A DNA stretch of 64,000 bases, taken from assembly GCA_963708755.1 (NCBI GenBank), contig CAVPTN010000012.1:171596-235595 (forward strand), written 5' to 3'. This document shows positions 59,440-64,000 of the stretch, in pieces. The position numbers and the translations under genes were made by a program. The stretch is from an uncultured Acidobacteriaceae bacterium (GTDB lineage Bacteria > Acidobacteriota > Terriglobia > Terriglobales > Acidobacteriaceae). Below the pieces are notes generated by a model, which was not told the DNA's origin, did no database searches, and saw only the letters and a program-made list of their open reading frames with translations. How positions within the stretch are numbered: the first letter of the stretch is position 1; every line of letters begins with the position of its first letter.

Positions 59440-60615
59440 ATGCTCTTTGGAAGCTCTGGAAGCAACATGCTATGTGGACTGGTCCGCCTCAGATTCGCGA
59501 TAACGATTTCCGTGTTTTTGACCTGCGCGATCTCACTCTACGGGCAAAACGACCAGGTTCTTCAGGCTACCCAGCTTATGCAAGCCGGCAAATTCCATGA
59601 CGCGGAGCTCTTGTGGCGTCAGTTGGAGCAGCAGCATCCAAATGATGCTTTGATACATAGCGGTTTGGGCGTAGCACTCGCACAGCAGGACAAATTAGAG
59701 CTTGCCACTGTCGAATATCGCAGGTCACTGGCCTTGAAGCCAAACCAACCTGACGTTTCATTCAATCTAGGGGTTGCGGAGTTCAAGCAGGGACATTTTT
59801 CCGCAGCGATTCCAGCGTTCGAGACGTTGGCGAAGGAGAGACCTGAGGATCATCGCAGCACGATACTGCTGGGCATGAGTCATTTTGGTCTTCGCCAATA
59901 TGCGAAGGCGACTCCATATCTGGAGAGGGCGCTCCGAGATGATCCTTCCAACCTGGAGTTGCATAATGTCCTCGCGCAGAGTTGTTTATGGAGCAATCAA
60001 TATGACTGTGCTTTGACTGAGTTCAAGAGCATCATTGCCGTCAATCCTGATGCGGTCCAGGCACACATGCTGATGGCGGAGGCGCTCGACGGGATGGGGA
60101 AGACGGAGGATGCAGTCAAGGAGCTGGAAACGGCGGCAAGCATCTCGCCAAAGGAACCCGTCCTTCACTTCGAGCTTGGCTATCTGTACTACAAACAGCG
60201 AGACTACGACAAAGCATTGCCCGAGCTTCAACTGGAGGTTCAGAACAACCCCGGCTACGCGCAGTCGTATCTGTATCTCGGCGATATCGCACTTCACTCC
60301 AATGATGACGCGACAGCGGAGCCGTTATTGCAGAAGGCAATTCAATTACAAAATGAAAGCCGGTTGGCCTACTTCGATCTCGGTGTTATCTACGCTAACC
60401 AGGGCAAGAATCAGGAAGCTATCGCTGCGCTTCAACATGCCGTAAAGTTGGACCCCTCACAACCGGATGCACATTACCGTCTCGCGAGGTTGTACACACT
60501 GATCGGGCAAAAAGAAAAAGCGGCTCAGGAGTTTGCCAAGACAAAAGAATTGCACACGAAGACGGATGACTCGTTGATCCAGAAGGTGTCCGGTGAAGGC
60601 GCTGCGCCGCAATAG
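59440..60615 (+). CDS. Secreted tetratricopeptide repeat protein
   Basis: Signal peptide plus about 9 TPR-like repeats (LG..L..QG..A...Y...L.L.P). Confidence 0.9.
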   Translation: MLFGSSGSNMLCGLVRLRFAITISVFLTCAISLYGQNDQVLQATQLMQAGKFHDAELLWRQLEQQHPNDALIHSGLGVALAQQDKLELATVEYRRSLALKPNQPDVSFNLGVAEFKQGHFSAAIPAFETLAKERPEDHRSTILLGMSHFGLRQYAKATPYLERALRDDPSNLELHNVLAQSCLWSNQYDCALTEFKSIIAVNPDAVQAHMLMAEALDGMGKTEDAVKELETAASISPKEPVLHFELGYLYYKQRDYDKALPELQLEVQNNPGYAQSYLYLGDIALHSNDDATAEPLLQKAIQLQNESRLAYFDLGVIYANQGKNQEAIAALQHAVKLDPSQPDAHYRLARLYTLIGQKEKAAQEFAKTKELHTKTDDSLIQKVSGEGAAPQ

Positions 60616-60669
60616 CGCTCGTTTACAGAGGGATTATGATGCGGAAAGAAGTACAGGTTTGAGCGAGAG

Positions 60670-62454
60670 ATGGGCAAAGTGAAGACGGGTATCTCGCGCC
60701 GCGATTTTTTGTGGATGTCTGCCGCATCGACAGCTGCTTTGGCGCAGGGCGTCACAACTCGAAACCTGAAACCTCTGCCCAGGGGGAAGCCGTCCGGCAT
60801 CCCTTTTCTAGCTCACTTCACCGATGTCGCTTCAGAGGCTGGACTGCGCTTTCCTGTCATCTATGGTGGACTCAAGCATAAGAACTACATCATTGAAACG
60901 GTTGGTTGCGGGGTAGCTTTTCTTGACTATGACAACGATGGATGGCTGGACATCTTCGTACTGTGCGGTACGCGCATGGACACTCCTGTTCCGGATTCCA
61001 GCAACCGCCTCTACAAAAATAATCGGGATGGGACATTTACCGATGTCACCGAGAAGGCAGGATTACTGCGTACTGGATGGGCAAGTGGAGTAACCGTTGG
61101 AGACTATAACAACGACGGCTTCGAAGATATCTTCATCACGTATTACGGTCAGAATGTGCTCTACCGTAACAATGGAAACGGTACATTTGCCGATGTGACT
61201 CAGCAGGCGGGGCTGCTTTATGAAGGCAATACCCGCTGGGGCTCGGGATGTACCTTTCTCGACTATGATCGCGACGGGTATCTGGATCTCTTTGTAGCCA
61301 ATTACGTCGATTTGCATTTAGATCGCCTGCCGAAGCCTGGCGCGAATCCGTACTGTAACTTCAAAGGTGTCGCCGTCAACTGCGGGCCGAGGGGGCTGCC
61401 GATGCCGCGCAACTACCTCTATCGCAATCAAGGCGATGGAACGTTTCGGGATGTCTCTCAAGAGAGTGGTATCGCGAAAGCGCAGCGCACTTACTCGATG
61501 ACCAGTGTCGCCGCTGACTTTAGCAACGATGGCTGGACGGATCTTTATGTCGCGTCAGATTCGACTCCAAGCCTCTTATTTAAAAACAAACATAATGCCA
61601 CCTTTACAGAAGAAGGCGCGGAGCGAGGCATAGCTTTTAGTGCAGATGGCGCTGAGCAGGCGGGTATGGGCGTTGCAGTCGGCGACTACAACCTCGACGG
61701 CAATCTGGATATTTTTAAAACGCACTTCTCTGATGATACGAATGTGCTCTATCGCAATGATGGAACCGGAAACTTCACCGACGTAACGATTGCTGCCGGG
61801 TTCGGTGTGGAGACTCGTTATATCTGTTGGGGAACTGGGTTCGCAGACTTCGACAACGACGGCTGGCCGGACCTGGCGGTCGTAACGGGTTCTGTCTATC
61901 CAGAAGTTGAAGCGGAGTTTCCAGAGTACCCGCTGAAGACACCACGATTCATCTTCCGAAACCTTGGCAATGGGAAGTTCGAAGAGTTGATCGAAGAAGC
62001 TGGGCCGGGAATATCTGCCGCGCACTGCAGTCGAGGCTGTGCCTTCGGCGATTTTGACAACGATGGCGATGTCGATATCGTTGTCATCAATTTGAACGAA
62101 CCTCCGTCCCTCCTTAGAAACGATCTCAAAAGCGATCTGAACTGGCTCAAGGTTTTTCTCGTAGGGACGAAGTCGAACCGAAGCGCAATCGGCTCAAGGG
62201 TAGTTGCGAAATATGGCGGCAAGATACAGGCTCAAGCGGTCATGGGGCAGTCCAGCTTTTACTCCGTAAACGATCGTAGACTTCACTTCGGCCTTGGGCA
62301 CAATACTCATGCTGATCTTGAGATCCACTGGACCAACGGTCTCATTGAACGCTTTCCAGGTATCGAAAGCAATCAGTTGGTGACTGTCAAAGAAGGTAAA
62401 GGTATCTCGAAGTCACCGCTGCAAGGCATGAAGGGTGAATCGAACAAAACATAA
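60670..62454 (+). CDS. CRTAC1/ASPIC-UnbV family FG-GAP beta-propeller protein with Tat signal
   Basis: SRRDFL twin-Arg; repeated D[YF]DNDG..D.F motifs; C-terminal SNRSAIG.RV...LHFGLG...W..G. Confidence 0.92.
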   Translation: MGKVKTGISRRDFLWMSAASTAALAQGVTTRNLKPLPRGKPSGIPFLAHFTDVASEAGLRFPVIYGGLKHKNYIIETVGCGVAFLDYDNDGWLDIFVLCGTRMDTPVPDSSNRLYKNNRDGTFTDVTEKAGLLRTGWASGVTVGDYNNDGFEDIFITYYGQNVLYRNNGNGTFADVTQQAGLLYEGNTRWGSGCTFLDYDRDGYLDLFVANYVDLHLDRLPKPGANPYCNFKGVAVNCGPRGLPMPRNYLYRNQGDGTFRDVSQESGIAKAQRTYSMTSVAADFSNDGWTDLYVASDSTPSLLFKNKHNATFTEEGAERGIAFSADGAEQAGMGVAVGDYNLDGNLDIFKTHFSDDTNVLYRNDGTGNFTDVTIAAGFGVETRYICWGTGFADFDNDGWPDLAVVTGSVYPEVEAEFPEYPLKTPRFIFRNLGNGKFEELIEEAGPGISAAHCSRGCAFGDFDNDGDVDIVVINLNEPPSLLRNDLKSDLNWLKVFLVGTKSNRSAIGSRVVAKYGGKIQAQAVMGQSSFYSVNDRRLHFGLGHNTHADLEIHWTNGLIERFPGIESNQLVTVKEGKGISKSPLQGMKGESNKT

Positions 62455-62471
62455 AGTTCTCAGAAGATGAA

Positions 62472-62506
62472 AAAGGCGCCGAGGCAATGAAGCCCCGGCG
62501 CCTTTT
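62472..62506. terminator. Bidirectional intrinsic terminator
   Basis: AAAAGGCGCCG...CGGCGCCTTTT between convergent genes. Confidence 0.8.
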
Positions 62507-62520
62507 ATGTAGATGGTGCG

Positions 62521-64000
62521 TTAGAACGAGAACTTCGCACCAAGCTGCAGCGTACGGGGATCGTAGGTAGAAGTCACCTGTCCGAAGTTCCCATCCGTTG
62601 AGCCTGAGTCTATGTTTTGAAATTCAGTATGGTTGAACGTGTTGAAGGTTTCAAGCCGCAGTTGTAGTTGCGGTCCTGCGGATTCGGACGTGAACGCGAA
62701 GGTCTTGAACAGAGCTATGTTGAAATTGAAGAGCCCTGGCAAAACAACCACGTCTTTTGCGGCGTTGCCAAAACCCTGATTCGTGCCGCCATTCCAGGGT
62801 GCGAGTGGTGCCGCAAAAGCATTCTTGTTGAACCACGCCTTTTGCGTCTTGGGGTAGGAGACATGTGCCACCAAGTCGGGACGGTTTGTCGTGCCGCCGC
62901 CCAGGCCAAGAGTGTCGGCACCGTTATAAGTGATAGATTGAGGCGTTCCTGATTGAGCGAACGTCACGCCGGAGATCTCCCATCCTCCCAGTGCCAACCT
63001 CTCCAGCGTAGTTCCGCCGTGAGCATAGAGTGGGAGCGCATAGATATAGTTCACGTTGAAGATATTTCGTCGGTCGAGTGCTCCCGACCCACGGTCATAT
63101 CCAATGTCGTATGGATTTGAGACTCCTCCAAGATCGTTGCTCCCTGCATCGATCTGGTGAGAGTAAGTGTAAGCAAACTGCACCGTAAGTCCATGTATGT
63201 TCTCCATGCGCAGACCTGCCTGGAGGGAGTTATAGCTGAAGTTGGATCTATTTTCTTCCTGGTTGATACCGCTGAAACCCGGGAAGTTTCGGAATAGATT
63301 TGCGTTCAACTTGCCGGTAGCAACTCCTTGACGGAGGTCGTAGGGGTTTGCCGGGTTGGCTGCATCGGTCAAGGGTAAGGTGTTGATCGCACGAGTGTCA
63401 CTTTGAACCCAGCCTAAAGAGCCAACATACTGCACCACCGCGATAACCGCTGGGGCGACCTGCTGTTGAACTCCCAGACTGAACTGAGCGGTCCCGGGGG
63501 GCGGATACTTGTAGGACAGGTTCGTGAGCGTGGAGGGAAATGCCTGAGACGTTGTGTTTCCGGTCAACGCGCTGGTGTTGGGGTTGGAGAAGTAAACGTT
63601 CGTGGCCGAAGGTTGATAGGCAAAGGGTGGATTCAAAGCAGCGTTGTATACATCGTTGCCTTGAACACGTTCATAGAACAATCCGAAGCCTCCCCTGATG
63701 ACTGTCGTTCCTTTATCAGACAGAGCGTAGGCAAACCCTAATCTTGGCTGGAAGGTGTAGTACCTGTTCTCGACCACTCCCGGGGAAAACCATTAACGCC
63801 GGCTTCGCGTATGCCATTGAGGTAGAACGACTGATTATCAAAAGGTGTTAGCGAGCCTGGGTTTAGTGTCCCATCCGCATTCAGAGGATAAGCTAGCGTC
63901 GTGTCGTAGTCTCCTGGAAGGAAGTTCGCGAACTGATTGTATCGCTCAAAGGCATGAGGCAACCCGTCATATCGAAGTCCAACGTTGAGAGTCAGCCGCG
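62521..64000 (-). CDS. TonB-dependent receptor, C-terminal part (5' truncated; frameshift near 63780)
   Basis: RLTLNVGLRYD, FQPRLGFAY, IRGGFG.FY, YNSLQ, FN.FNHT.F; terminal LQLGAKFSF. Confidence 0.9.

Overview
A 64-kb chromosomal segment, most likely from an Acidobacteriota (Terriglobales/Acidobacteriaceae-like) bacterium. The taxon is inferred from large carboxypeptidase-regulatory-domain TonB receptors, a TPR+ASPIC/UnbV pair, a PEP-CTERM protein and the gene repertoire. The left half carries the tlyA 3' end, an AsmA protein, nadK, an FTR1-DUF2318/ABC iron-uptake operon, two near-identical tRNA-Arg genes (ACG and the uncommon UCG) bracketing metabolic cargo, tandem PTPS-II-type pterin synthases with folE, truB and tesA-ybbAP. 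The right half is a plant-sugar utilisation region: TBDR-GH105-galKT, GH51, araB, LacI, a sugar-acid (Weimberg-like) operon, GH3, TPR/CRTAC1 and a second TBDR. About ten genes carry single-base frameshifts that look like assembly errors. No integrase, transposase, prophage, rRNA or CRISPR array is supported. The most notable items are a dispersed ~170-bp structured repeat (two diverged copies), tRNA-Arg(UCG) made by anticodon shift, a possible pentonate-epimerising pathway, a GC-skew polarity switch across the window, a probable ATT start codon, two long perfect palindromes, and several apparently leaderless genes.
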